Source of the DNA: an uncultured Actinomycetes bacterium
Lineage (GTDB): Bacteria > Actinomycetota > UBA4738 > HRBIN12
DNA length: 64,000 bases
Reading direction: 5' to 3'
Assembly: GCA_963704885.1 (NCBI GenBank)
Contig: CAVPIB010000001.1
Location: forward strand, 96,001 to 160,000
Position numbers and translations under genes: made by a program. The notes beneath the pieces were generated by a model. The model was given only the letters and a program-made list of their open reading frames with translations, searched no databases and was not told where the DNA came from. This document shows positions 9,478-19,110 of the stretch, piece by piece (position 1 is the stretch's first letter; each line of letters starts with the position of its first letter).

Positions 9478-9897
9478 ATGACGGTTCGCCGCGTCGTCGT
9501 CGATCACGTGCTCTTCGTCGTGGCAGACCTGGACGCGAGCCGGGGGCTCTATACAGCCGCCCTCGCACCGCTCGGTTACGAGGAACTCTACGTTCAGGAT
9601 GACTGTGTCAGCTACGGGGCCGAGGACCTGGACGACTTCACGATCTGCCAAGGGGAGCCCATGACCACAGCGGCTCATGTTGCGTTCTCCGCCGAGGATC
9701 GCGACGCCGTGGATGCATTCTTCGCGGCCGCCGTTGCCAACGGCGCGACCGTCCGCGGCGAGCCCGGGGCCTGGACGCAGTACTCCGAGCGGTATTACGC
9801 GGCATTCGTCAACGACTTGCATCAGAACAACGTCGAGGCCGTGTGGCACGCGCCCGAGCCGGTCGTCGACGCGCCTCGTCGTCCCGGCGTTCCCTGA
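9478..9897 (+). CDS. VOC/glyoxalase family protein
   Basis: DHVLFVVADLDAS, HVAFSA, YYAAFVNDLHQNNVEAV. Confidence 0.88.
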   Translation: MTVRRVVVDHVLFVVADLDASRGLYTAALAPLGYEELYVQDDCVSYGAEDLDDFTICQGEPMTTAAHVAFSAEDRDAVDAFFAAAVANGATVRGEPGAWTQYSERYYAAFVNDLHQNNVEAVWHAPEPVVDAPRRPGVP

Positions 9898-10077
9898 TCC
9901 GGAGCAGAAACACCGAGCCTGCGGTGACACGCAACGGTCGAAGACCGGCTAGCCTAACTTCGTCCCGCCCTGTGTGGACCCGGAGCCCCGGGCCAGCGCT
10001 AGGATCAGCTCCTCAGCCCGCCTGACCTTCCGCCCCGCCGCCGGCCCTGGTTCGAACCCTGCTCCGACCTGGCGGCG

Positions 10078-10755
10078 TTAGGAGCGAGACCGTGGCCTGG
10101 CCGCGACGAAGAGGGCCGCAGAACCGACGACGTCGACATCCACGGCGCTGAAGGACATCTCCAGGATGCGGCGGAGCCCCTCAGCCGTGTCGTCCACGTT
10201 GTCGAAGCCCCCTTGCTTGTTGGCTGCTCGCAGGAACGCACGCGCGGGCTTCGTGTGGTTGCTCTGGAGGCCGAGGACCGTCCCACCGAAGAGGACCCCC
10301 TCCGGGCTGAGGACATCCGCGATGTTCCTCACGGCGACCGCCTTGTTCTCCTCGGGCCCGCGAAGGCAGTGAAGTACGAAGCTGAGTGCCGCGGAGTCGA
10401 ACGGTCCGTCGACCGGGAGCGGCTTCATGACGTCGGCCTCAACGGTGATCGGATGCCGTTCCTCGAGTCGCTTCGCCACGTGGCGAAGCACGGTCTGATT
10501 GGGGTCCAGCAGCGTGATCTCCGTGTCGCGGGGCGGGTCCGCCTTCTCGATGAAGTAGCCGGTCCCAGGCCCAACGTCGAGGTGCCGGTGCCCCATGTGC
10601 TGTCGATATCTGTCGACGCCCAGCGCTACGGGAACCTTCCAGACCGCCTTCGTCATGAACTTCAGCACCCACACGTCGTAGATCGCGAGCATCGCCGCGT
10701 TGTACCCGGACTGCCCCTTGTACGACGGATCAGACTTGTCCATGCCGAGAAGCAT
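10078..10755 (-). CDS. Class I SAM-dependent methyltransferase
   Basis: HLDVGPGTG, FVLHCL. Confidence 0.88.
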   Translation of the reverse strand: MLLGMDKSDPSYKGQSGYNAAMLAIYDVWVLKFMTKAVWKVPVALGVDRYRQHMGHRHLDVGPGTGYFIEKADPPRDTEITLLDPNQTVLRHVAKRLEERHPITVEADVMKPLPVDGPFDSAALSFVLHCLRGPEENKAVAVRNIADVLSPEGVLFGGTVLGLQSNHTKPARAFLRAANKQGGFDNVDDTAEGLRRILEMSFSAVDVDVVGSAALFVAARPRSRS

Positions 10756-10800
10756 CCCATGCGGATCCGCGGTCCTGGCTCGCTCGGTACCGTGGAGCGT

Positions 10801-11369
10801 ATGGAGAAAGCACCAGGCCTCGGACGGTCGTTCTCGTCGAAGGGGTGAGTGACCAGCGCGCGCTCGAGGCGCTGGCCGAGCGCGGTGGCCGCGATCTCGC
10901 CGCCGCAGGTGTGTCCGTCGTGCCGATCGGGGGCTCGAAGAACATCGGACGCTTCCTGGACCACTACGGTCCGCACGGACTAGACGTCGGCCTGGCAGGG
11001 CTCTGTGACGCCGCGGAGGAAGGGGACTTCCGCCGTGGTCTCGAGCGGGCCGGCCTCGGCGCCAACCTCAGCCGCGGAGAGATGGAGACCCTCGGGTTCT
11101 TCGTATGCGTCGAGGACCTGGAGGACGAGCTGATCCGGGCCCTCGGTACCGACGCCGTGGAGCGGGTCGTCGAGACACAAGGCGAGCTCGACGCCTTCCG
11201 CACCCTCCAACGCCAGCCGGAATGGCGAGGACGGACCGATGAGGAACGGTTCCGGCGTTTCTTCGGCACATACAGAGGCCGCAAGATCCGATCCGCGTCC
11301 GCGCTGGTCGATGCGTTGGATCTCACGCGCGTGCCCCTGCCGCTGGACACGCTACTGGCTCACGTCTAA
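10801..11369 (+). CDS. Stand-alone OLD-like TOPRIM domain protein (frameshift near 10822)
   Basis: TVVLVEGVSD read in frame upstream of 10845; LCD and DLEDEL motifs. Confidence 0.75.
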
Positions 11370-11484
11370 GTTCCGGCTGACATCCTCTCTTAGATAGGCC
11401 AACGGCCCTTCCATTCTTTTTGGCGAGCTCTTGGAGAAGGCTGGAGGCTGTGGCAGACTGCTAGATAGCGAAACTCATGTTCCC

Positions 11485-11509
11485 TTATCTAACGGTCGAG
11501 GATAGATAA
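11485..11509. promoter_or_regulatory. Inverted repeat before fic
   Basis: TTATCTA-N11-TAGATAA, with further TAGATAG half-sites upstream. Confidence 0.4.
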
Positions 11510-11511
11510 CG

Positions 11512-12666
11512 ATGCCGAGCACCCGAGCAGGTCGATCGGAGCTTCAGCCGGAGGGCTATCGGGCGTTCGTCCCTGCACCGCTCCCACCTGCGGATCTCCG
11601 GATCGACGAGTCTCTTCAGGCCTTGCTCTCCCAAGCGGACCAAGCGCTCGGCCGGCTCGACGGTGCGGTGAAGCTGGTTCCCAACCCTGACCTGTTCGTC
11701 CTCATGTACGTGCGGAGAGAGGCGGTCCTGTCGAGCCAGATCGAGGGAACGCAGGCTTCCCTGATGGACATCCTCGAGTACGAGGCGGCGATGGAGAAAG
11801 GGGAACGAAGGGTCGACGTCGTCGAGATCAGCAACTACGTGGCGGCCATGAACTACGGACTCGCACGCTTGGCCGAACTTCCCTTGTCCAGACGACTCAT
11901 CTCCGAGGTCCACGCGGTCCTGATGGAAGGAGTGCGAGGAGGGGAACCGGACAAGACGCCGGGAGAGTTCCGCCGTTCTCAGAACTGGATCGGTGGAGCC
12001 TCACCCGCGACCGCGCGGTTCGTTCCACCACCGTGGAAGGCCGCCGAGGAAGCCTTCAGCGACCTTGAGCGCTTCCTCCACGATCCAACACCGATGCCGT
12101 CCCTCATCAAGATCGGCCTCGCACATGCGCAGTTCGAAACGATCCATCCATTCCTCGACGGGAACGGTCGGACCGGAAGGCTCCTGATCACGTTCTGGCT
12201 CACGGAGCAGGGCATCCTGAGCCGACCGCTCCTGTATCCGTCGCTCTTCTTCAAGGAGCACCGCGATGAATACATCGATCGGCTCCAGGCGATCCGCGAC
12301 GACGGGGATTGGGAGTCCTGGTTGGCGTTCTTCGTGGACGGTGTTCGCCACGTGGCCACCGAGGCGACCGAGCGAGCGGTGGCCATCGTCGAGCTCCGTC
12401 GCGAGCACGAAGAGTTGATCCGAGCGAATCTCGGGAAGCGCACCCCGAACGCCCTCGGAGCCCTCGACTATCTCTTCCGGCAGCCCGTGGTGAGCGCGAA
12501 GCTGCTGGAGTCGGCCCTCCACGTTTCGCAACCCACCGCTGCTGCTTTGGTGCGCGAGCTGACCCGGATAGGGGTGCTTCGCGAGCTAACGGGAAAGCGA
12601 CGGAATCGGTTGTTCGGATACACGAGGTACCTCGACCTGTTCCCAGGCGCTCGGTCCCGCGAGTAG
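11512..12666 (+). CDS. Fic family protein with C-terminal wHTH
   Basis: SSQIEG and HPFLDGNGRTGR. Confidence 0.93.
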   Translation: MPSTRAGRSELQPEGYRAFVPAPLPPADLRIDESLQALLSQADQALGRLDGAVKLVPNPDLFVLMYVRREAVLSSQIEGTQASLMDILEYEAAMEKGERRVDVVEISNYVAAMNYGLARLAELPLSRRLISEVHAVLMEGVRGGEPDKTPGEFRRSQNWIGGASPATARFVPPPWKAAEEAFSDLERFLHDPTPMPSLIKIGLAHAQFETIHPFLDGNGRTGRLLITFWLTEQGILSRPLLYPSLFFKEHRDEYIDRLQAIRDDGDWESWLAFFVDGVRHVATEATERAVAIVELRREHEELIRANLGKRTPNALGALDYLFRQPVVSAKLLESALHVSQPTAAALVRELTRIGVLRELTGKRRNRLFGYTRYLDLFPGARSRE

Positions 12667-12704
12667 CCGCGCTCGCCCTGCTCGCGGCGGGTTCCGCTCT
12701 CCCG

Positions 12705-13031
12705 CTAAAGCTGGCGGACAGGCATGGGCGGGGGCGGCGCCGAGAAGTCCATCGGATGGATGTCCTCGATCGCCGACCGGAACCACATGTCGAACTCGTT
12801 GTCCGAGGTGGCCACCTTGCCAAGGAACGTCGATGCCCCCGGACCGTCGATCACGACGACCGCGAGGTCAGAGCCGTCCGGGTTCGCCTGGTGCCACGTG
12901 CCGTGCGTGGTCAGCCCGAGTCGCTGGTTCATGTCGTCGAACTCCGCCTTGCGGGCTCCGGTCAGCTCGCCGCACCACGACTTCCACGTCTCGAGCTTGC
13001 CCGGTTTGATCGGTACGGCCATGGCTTCCAT
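12705..13031 (-). CDS. Hypothetical protein (dimeric alpha-beta barrel-like)
   Basis: MEAMAVPIKPGKLETW...FDMWF; host-like codon usage. Confidence 0.65.
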   Translation of the reverse strand: MEAMAVPIKPGKLETWKSWCGELTGARKAEFDDMNQRLGLTTHGTWHQANPDGSDLAVVVIDGPGASTFLGKVATSDNEFDMWFRSAIEDIHPMDFSAPPPPMPVRQL

Positions 13032-13070
13032 AAGTCTCTCCGCTCCATCGGTTGCTTCGCACACTACAGG

Positions 13071-13107
13071 GGATGCACGAGACGTACTCCACGCCCGAAC
13101 AGCTCGC
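13071..13107 (+). repeat. Third short copy of a merR internal segment
   Basis: GGATGCACGAGACGTACTCCACGCCCGAACAGCTCGC, one mismatch to 6267-6303. Confidence 0.8.
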
Positions 13108-13110
13108 ACA

Positions 13111-13138
13111 TCGGAGCCCGGCCGAAGCCGGGCTCCGA
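13111..13138. terminator. Perfect 12-bp hairpin
   Basis: TCGGAGCCCGGC-CGAA-GCCGGGCTCCGA. Confidence 0.5.
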
Positions 13139-13252
13139 GCGGTGCCGGGGTCGAGGAAGAACTGCCCGACACGGACAACCCGAGCAGGTGAACCTCCATC
13201 CACCAAGGAGACACGGGTTTCGCCAGGAGAGGCGAAGAGGTCTTGAACCCTT

Positions 13253-13348
13253 GACGATGAGGCCTACCCGCTCGCGGAAACGGCCGAGGGTTTGGGCTAC
13301 GTGGAACAGGGGCACGCGCGCGGCAAGGTCGTCATCAACGTGGCGTGA
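13253..13348 (+). pseudogene. C-terminal stub of an MDR/quinone oxidoreductase-family gene
   Basis: DDEAYPLAETAEGLGYVEQGHARGKVVINVA*. Confidence 0.7.
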
Positions 13349-13466
13349 GACCGCGCCCCTCACCCTAGGGTCCTCTGGTCAGCAAGTTCCGAGCCGTCCG
13401 CCCCTGGCCGGGTCCGAGGTAGATCAACGAGTCTGGGGATGCGTCCTCCGAGGGAGGTGGCTAGTC

Positions 13467-14006
13467 ATGTGGAGAACCATCGCGATGCTCGTCGTCGGCC
13501 TGGTGATCGTGGCCGTGGCGATCGGGATCGTCTTCTTCTTCGGGATGCGGACGAAGACCCCGCTCGTGCTCAACACCGTTCGCCGCTTCAACCGGGCCAT
13601 AGGGAACCCGCACCAGATGAAGACAGCCGGGACGCCGGGCGCGTATGCCTCGGTGATTCGACACGTCGGCCGGAAGACGGGACGATCGTACGAAACGCCG
13701 GTGGTGGCCTTCTCGACCGACGACGGGTTCGTGATCGCACTGCCCTACGGGTCGGCTACGGACTGGCTCAAGAACGTGCTCGCGAGCGGATCCGCCAACA
13801 TCGTGAACGAAGGGGACACGTGGCTGATCGATCAGCCGGAGCTCGTTCCAACAGCCGTGGCCGCGCCGTACCTGCCGGTAAAGGAGCAAAGGGGACTTCG
13901 CCGGTTCGCCGTCGACCAGTGCCTCCGGGTTCACCGCCTGGAACCTGACGAGTCCGAGCTACCTGCTGGATCCAGGCGGTTTCGCCGTGTCGGTGCCCGC
14001 CTCTAG
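13467..14006 (+). CDS. Deazaflavin (F420)-dependent nitroreductase family protein with N-terminal TM helix
   Basis: IRHVGRKTGRSYETPV, YGSATDWLKNVLA; RBS GGAGGT. Confidence 0.85.
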   Translation: MWRTIAMLVVGLVIVAVAIGIVFFFGMRTKTPLVLNTVRRFNRAIGNPHQMKTAGTPGAYASVIRHVGRKTGRSYETPVVAFSTDDGFVIALPYGSATDWLKNVLASGSANIVNEGDTWLIDQPELVPTAVAAPYLPVKEQRGLRRFAVDQCLRVHRLEPDESELPAGSRRFRRVGARL

Positions 14007-14015
14007 GGTCGGCGC

Positions 14016-14726
14016 ATGACGAGTGCACCGCTCATCTTGGTCCCCGGGTTCTGGCTAGGAGCGTGGGCGTGGGACGAGGTCGCGGCCACGTTGCGAGCAG
14101 ACGGCCACGACGTCACCGCGTTGACGCTGCCCGGTCTCGAGTCGCCCGATGAGGACCGGTCCGCGATCACGCTGTCCGACCACGTCGACGCGATCTGCCA
14201 GGCAGTTCAGGCGGCGAGTGTTCCGGTCCTGCTCGCCGTCCACAGCGGCGCGGGGTTCTCCGGTTACGCGGCGAGCGATCGCGTTCCGGACCAGATAGCG
14301 GCCATGGTCTACGTCGACTCCGCCCCCGGCGTCAGCCCCCTGGATCCCGGGTTCGACGCCGACGAGAAGCCCCTGAACTGGGAGGAGCTCGCTGCGGAGG
14401 AGAACCTCGAGGGGCTCACGGAGGAGCAGCTCGAGACGTTCCGACGTCGCGCCGTGCCCGAGCCGGGCGCCGTGCTACGTGAGGCGATCGAGCTGACCAA
14501 CGACGCCCGGCTCGACATCCCGAGCACGATGATCTGCACTGGGTACACGTCCGAGCAGTACAAGGACGCGGTCAAGGAGGGCTACGCCTGGCTCGCGGGT
14601 CTCACCGAGCTCCGCGACGTTTCCTGGATCGACCTGCCGACGAGCCACTGGCCGATGTGGTCGCGTCGACAGGAGGTTGCCCAGATCATCGGCGACGTAG
14701 CGAATGCGCACGCCCCCGGGGCATAG
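14016..14726 (+). CDS. Alpha/beta hydrolase
   Basis: VPGFWLGAWAW, VHSGAG, SHWPM. Confidence 0.88.
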   Translation: MTSAPLILVPGFWLGAWAWDEVAATLRADGHDVTALTLPGLESPDEDRSAITLSDHVDAICQAVQAASVPVLLAVHSGAGFSGYAASDRVPDQIAAMVYVDSAPGVSPLDPGFDADEKPLNWEELAAEENLEGLTEEQLETFRRRAVPEPGAVLREAIELTNDARLDIPSTMICTGYTSEQYKDAVKEGYAWLAGLTELRDVSWIDLPTSHWPMWSRRQEVAQIIGDVANAHAPGA

Positions 14727-14737
14727 CGATACCACGC

Positions 14738-15229
14738 CTACCCGCGCATCGCGCCAGTGAGTCGCGCGATCTGCTTCAGGTGTGGCCGTTCGTGACGCGC
14801 GATCCGCCAGGCCTGGGAGAGCACGGTCCGTTCGAGCGGCTTCCCCGCCCCCGTGAACGTCGCCCCGCGGGCCCAGCCGCCCGTCGTCAGCGGCTCGAGG
14901 ATCCCCAAGAGCTCGTCGCGTTGCCGCGTATATGCGCGGAGCGACGGCCGGAACGCGCGTTCGGGATAGTCCGTGTTGCCGATCCACGTCGTGGGGTTGA
15001 CGGCGCTGATCGTCGGATGATCCTCGCTCAGCATCCTCGCGATGCTGCCGCCCCACATGTCGGAGCATGCCCGGAGATGGGCGAGCACGTCGTTCGCGGA
15101 CCACTCATCGGGAGCGGGCCTGGTCTTCAGCTCGACGGGCGTAAGTCCAGCTGTCAGACCAGCCAGCCCCGGTGGCAACTCCGCGAGCATGGCGAGCACC
15201 TGGTCGACGGTGGGTTCGCTCCTCATCAT
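14738..15229 (-). CDS. DinB family protein
   Basis: WSANDVLAHL, HERPHLKQI. Confidence 0.85.
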   Translation of the reverse strand: MMRSEPTVDQVLAMLAELPPGLAGLTAGLTPVELKTRPAPDEWSANDVLAHLRACSDMWGGSIARMLSEDHPTISAVNPTTWIGNTDYPERAFRPSLRAYTRQRDELLGILEPLTTGGWARGATFTGAGKPLERTVLSQAWRIARHERPHLKQIARLTGAMRG

Positions 15230-16578
15230 CGATCTCTACCGGTCTTCGCCGGGTGCGGCGTAAGGATCGCCCGGGCGGCCCGCACGAGGGGCCGATGGCG
15301 AACCGTTCGCGGCCACGCCACGCGATCGACGCCACCGAACGCTCGATGGGCTTCGATGGCCGCGGCGAACGCCGGAACGAAGCCGTCCGCGGCCAACGGG
15401 TCGAACCCGTCCTCCCACCAGAGGCCGACGATCCTGAGCTCGTTCGTCTTGCGTTCGATGCGTGGCTCGATCCGCCCGACGAGCCGATCCCCGAACAGGA
15501 CCGGCAGGACGTAGTAGCCCCAGCGCCGCTTCGCCGCCGGAACGTAGACCTCCCAGACATAGTCGAAGTCGAACAGGGTTCGCAAGAACTCCCGGTCCCA
15601 GATGAGCGGGTCGAGCGCCCCTAGGAACGCCACGCCGGGTGCGGAGCCGCCAGGCGGGTCGCCGGCTGCGACCTCCCGCTCGGCCTGGTCGAGCAGCGGC
15701 ACGGCCTCGGCCGGGAGGTATCGCTCGCCGCGCAAGTCCTCGATCGTGACGGGGACCAGCGCGCCGGCCTCGAGGAGCTCCGCATGCAGTATCCGGCGTC
15801 CGGCGGTCGCGACCGGAAGGTCACCCTCCAACCCGTAGATCGCGCCGACCCGCGGGGACGTCCCCAGCCACAGCTCCGCTGAACCTGTTCGCCCCAGGAG
15901 GCCGTGGGCCCTGTAGCGCGACAGCAACTTGTGCCGGAACCGCTCGCGAGGAGGAACGACCCGTTCCAGGAGCTCGGCCGGAAATAGCCGCTCGACCAGG
16001 TCGTAGACCCGCCGGTTGCCCTCACGCCGAGAGATCCCAAGGATCCCGGCCTCGGCCAGCGCCTCCAGGAGTGCCCGGACCTGGTTCGTCGGACGCCAGT
16101 ACCAGTCGATCTGGCCCCGAGGTGCGATGTCGGTCGAGGACATCGGGCCCGTAGTCCGGATCCGATCGAGCAGTTCCTGGACGAGGGTCGCATGCTCGTC
16201 GAGCACGCGCTCCTCCAGCCTGACCCGCGCCCGGTCCCAGGCGATCCGGTACCAAGGAAGCTCAGCGGTAGGGACGAGAGAGAGACCTTTGTTGAATGTC
16301 TCGAACAGGGACCGCTCCTCGTACAGGAGGCGCTCCGCCATCTCCCGCCGGTAGCCGGCCACGCGCGCAAGGAGCACCAGGTCGTGGTTCCGCCCCGCGA
16401 TCTCGATCGGGTCGAACTGGATCGAGCCGAGACGTTCGAACACCGCCAGCACGCCGTCCGGCCCGGTGGGCAGCGATCGTGGCGGAGCCAGGAAGTGATG
16501 GATAGCCAGGAATCGGCGCGCGACGTCGCGGGAGATCGTCACGCCGGCGTCCACGCCCCCATCGTAGATTGAGGGCAT
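15226..16578 (-). CDS. AlkZ/YcaQ-like winged-helix DNA glycosylase
   Basis: IQFDPI, FDYVWEVYVPAAKRRWGYYVLPVL; exact start uncertain. Confidence 0.88.
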   Translation of the reverse strand: MPSIYDGGVDAGVTISRDVARRFLAIHHFLAPPRSLPTGPDGVLAVFERLGSIQFDPIEIAGRNHDLVLLARVAGYRREMAERLLYEERSLFETFNKGLSLVPTAELPWYRIAWDRARVRLEERVLDEHATLVQELLDRIRTTGPMSSTDIAPRGQIDWYWRPTNQVRALLEALAEAGILGISRREGNRRVYDLVERLFPAELLERVVPPRERFRHKLLSRYRAHGLLGRTGSAELWLGTSPRVGAIYGLEGDLPVATAGRRILHAELLEAGALVPVTIEDLRGERYLPAEAVPLLDQAEREVAAGDPPGGSAPGVAFLGALDPLIWDREFLRTLFDFDYVWEVYVPAAKRRWGYYVLPVLFGDRLVGRIEPRIERKTNELRIVGLWWEDGFDPLAADGFVPAFAAAIEAHRAFGGVDRVAWPRTVRHRPLVRAARAILTPHPAKTGRDR

Positions 16579-17275
16579 GACGGACGTCCGTGTGATCCCG
16601 TTCCTGGTCTCCGAGCTGCGATTGGAGCCGGACGAGCAGGAGCTGCTCCAGCGCGAGTGGTGGCCGTCCTACGCCCACGCCGTCGTGCATCGGGACGGCG
16701 TCTTCCTGTTCGACAACGGGGTCGGCTTCGGCAACGCCGAGATCGAGTCGACGTTCTCACCGAGGGTGACGGCGATCGAGGACGCACTCGCCGCGAACGG
16801 GATCTCGCTCGCCGACGTCACCGGCGTGGCGAACTGCCACCTGCACTTCGACCACAGTGGCCAGAACGTCCGGATCCCGAAGGACGTGCCGATCTTCGTC
16901 CAGCGAGCTGAATGGGCCAAGGTGCACGAGCCCGACTACACCGTCCCCGAGTGGATCGATGCACCGGGCCTGACCTATGAGGTCCTGGACGGCGAGATCG
17001 AGGTGGCGCCGGGGTTGCGGTTGCTCCCAACCCCCGGGCACACGGCGGGCCATCAGTCGCTCGTGCTGGACGCAGAGGACGGGACGGTCGTGCTCGCGGG
17101 GCAGGCGGTGCAGTCGCGGGCCGAGTGGGAGGGTGCGACGGAACCCTCGGCGTCCGGCGCATCGGCCGCGCCCGATCCCGCCTACCCGAGCTCCGTGGAG
17201 CGTCTCCGCTCGTTCGACCCGATCCGCGTCCACTTCGCGCACGATCCGGCCGTCTGGGCGCGTGATCCATCGTGA
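16577..17275 (+). CDS. MBL-fold hydrolase (AHL-lactonase-like)
   Basis: HLHFDH, TPGHTAGH. Confidence 0.88.
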   Translation: MTDVRVIPFLVSELRLEPDEQELLQREWWPSYAHAVVHRDGVFLFDNGVGFGNAEIESTFSPRVTAIEDALAANGISLADVTGVANCHLHFDHSGQNVRIPKDVPIFVQRAEWAKVHEPDYTVPEWIDAPGLTYEVLDGEIEVAPGLRLLPTPGHTAGHQSLVLDAEDGTVVLAGQAVQSRAEWEGATEPSASGASAAPDPAYPSSVERLRSFDPIRVHFAHDPAVWARDPS

Positions 17276-17401
17276 GCCGTTCGCTCCTCGATGTCGTCGA
17301 TGTTCCGCCGAAGTCCTGACCGCTCCGCCAGCTCAAAGGGCCAGCGTCCTACCCCTATCATCGCCCGACAAGCTGCGCGGGGCTGAGGAAGGGAGGCCAC
17401 G

Positions 17402-17872
17402 ATGACCGGTGATGGCAAGGGATACGTCCTCCAGCCAGGAGAAGGGAGGCTGATCGACCTCAGCGGATTCTCCATGCGCGTCAAGGCGACCGACGACGAC
17501 ACGAACGGCATGTTCACGCTGCTCGAGGCAGAGGAGCCACCCGGGTTCGGCCCGCCACTTCACATCCACCACGGCATCGCGGAGGCGTTCTACGTCCTGG
17601 AGGGTGAGTACATCATCTTCCTCGACGAGGAAGAGGTCCGGTGCCCGGCCGGTTCATTCATCTTCATACCCCCCGAGATGCCTCACGGGTTCAGGGTGGG
17701 CGAAGTGGCGAGCCGCAAGCTCAACCTCTACCTGCCAGCATCGATGGTCGGCTACTTCGATGATCTGAGCGACGCCATGAAGAAGGGCGAGGCTGATCCG
17801 GAGCGTCTGTCGGATATCGCGACCCGACACTCCCTCGAGGTGATCGGACCGGTGCCGGAGGGCTACCTGTGA
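17402..17872 (+). CDS. Cupin domain protein
   Basis: PPLHIH..EAFYVLEG, PHGF. Confidence 0.88.
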   Translation: MTGDGKGYVLQPGEGRLIDLSGFSMRVKATDDDTNGMFTLLEAEEPPGFGPPLHIHHGIAEAFYVLEGEYIIFLDEEEVRCPAGSFIFIPPEMPHGFRVGEVASRKLNLYLPASMVGYFDDLSDAMKKGEADPERLSDIATRHSLEVIGPVPEGYL

Positions 17873-17939
17873 ACGACCTCACCGAGCTAACGATGCCGGC
17901 TTCACCCGCTTGACCGTTCCGGTCCACCGCTCGGGGCCG

Positions 17940-18890
17940 TTAGGGGAACGCGATCGTGCGTCCGATGCCTCGCTCGAGCGCGCGGTCGTAGCAGAGCGCC
18001 CCCAGGGCCACGTCGTCCATCGCGATGCCCATGTTCAGGAACATCCGGCGACCCGACTCCGGGACCGTCAGCGAGCCCGCAACCACATCGGCCAGCTCGC
18101 CGTCCGGCTCCCGGAACCCGTCGAAGTGCTCGAACGAGGCGTACTGGGCGAGGTCATCCACCGCGTACAGGGAGGTGGCGTTCGCGGCAGAAGGACCCAT
18201 CGCGTCGTCGTAATCGATCGGCAACAGCACCGCATCATCGTGGGCCTCGGCACAGCTCAGTCGCGGATCCAGCGCCACGGTCAGGGCGGTGACGACGAGG
18301 TCGGCGCCCGCCACCGCATCCTCGGCTGAGGATGCGACGATCCCTCGGCGTCCGGCCGCGATCCCCACGAGCTCCTCGCTCGCGGCGGGTACGGCGTCGA
18401 AGGCCCGCACCTCCTCGACCTCCGGATGGAGCTCAAGGATGAGCTCGAGGTGCCTGCGACCCTGCACGCCCGCTCCCACGATCGCCACGGTCTGAGCCTG
18501 CATCGGCACGTTCCTGAGCACGACCCCTGAGACGCCCGCCGTCCGCATCTCGGTGATCCACCCGCCGTCCATCAGCGCCAGCGGCCGGCCGGTATCGGCG
18601 TCCGTTAGGAGGAAGACCCCGTAGATATACGGCAGGCCCTTGGTCCGGTTCTGCTCGAAGCCGGCCACCCACTTGATCCCGGCTCGGTCCGAGCCGCCCA
18701 GGTAGGCGGGCATCGCGTTGATGAACGCATCGGAGCGCGGTCGGATCGCGGGCTTCGGGGGGTTCTGCACCAGGCCGCGCGCCTTCTGCGCGAAGGCGTC
18801 CTCGAGCACGTCGACCACGTCGGCCCAGGTGATGCCGAGTCCGGCCAGCTCCTCGCGCCCGAGCACCAGCATCTCGTTCGGTGTGTTCAC
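17940..18890 (-). CDS. Ornithine cyclodeaminase / mu-crystallin family protein
   Basis: AMPAY, GIKWV, TEMRTAG, GAGVQG, GIAMDD. Confidence 0.9.
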   Translation of the reverse strand: MNTPNEMLVLGREELAGLGITWADVVDVLEDAFAQKARGLVQNPPKPAIRPRSDAFINAMPAYLGGSDRAGIKWVAGFEQNRTKGLPYIYGVFLLTDADTGRPLALMDGGWITEMRTAGVSGVVLRNVPMQAQTVAIVGAGVQGRRHLELILELHPEVEEVRAFDAVPAASEELVGIAAGRRGIVASSAEDAVAGADLVVTALTVALDPRLSCAEAHDDAVLLPIDYDDAMGPSAANATSLYAVDDLAQYASFEHFDGFREPDGELADVVAGSLTVPESGRRMFLNMGIAMDDVALGALCYDRALERGIGRTIAFP

Positions 18891-18960
18891 GGGGCGCAGT
18901 CTATGTCGCGAGCGGATCTATCGGTCGCGATGTTGCTCGACCCCGCGAACCCCGACCAGA

Positions 18961-19083
18961 ATGACGCAGCTCACAGACAGCCACTTAGCGGGTCCCTAGA
19001 GAGACCTATGGTCACGTCGGCCACGTTCGAGGTGAGTCGTGGACCTTCCTCCGCCGCCGGCTTCCGCGAACTGAGACCCTGAC
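18961..19083 (+). pseudogene. Collapsed relic of a vapBC module paralogous to 6620-7323
   Basis: Ordered blocks TGACGC.GCTCACAGAC / CCACTTAGC / CCTAGAG, then HVRGESWTFLRR fused to AGFRELRP*. Confidence 0.75.
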
Positions 19084-19110
19084 GGTGTTGACTCACGCAG
19101 GGAGACTGAC

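Noticed and set aside
10040-10077. GGTTCGAACCC as a tRNA T-arm
   Set aside because: No cloverleaf, acceptor stem or CCA could be built around it.
12309-14006. 565-aa ORF
   Set aside because: Spurious upstream extension across fic and an antisense gene; only 13467-14006 has an RBS and family motifs.
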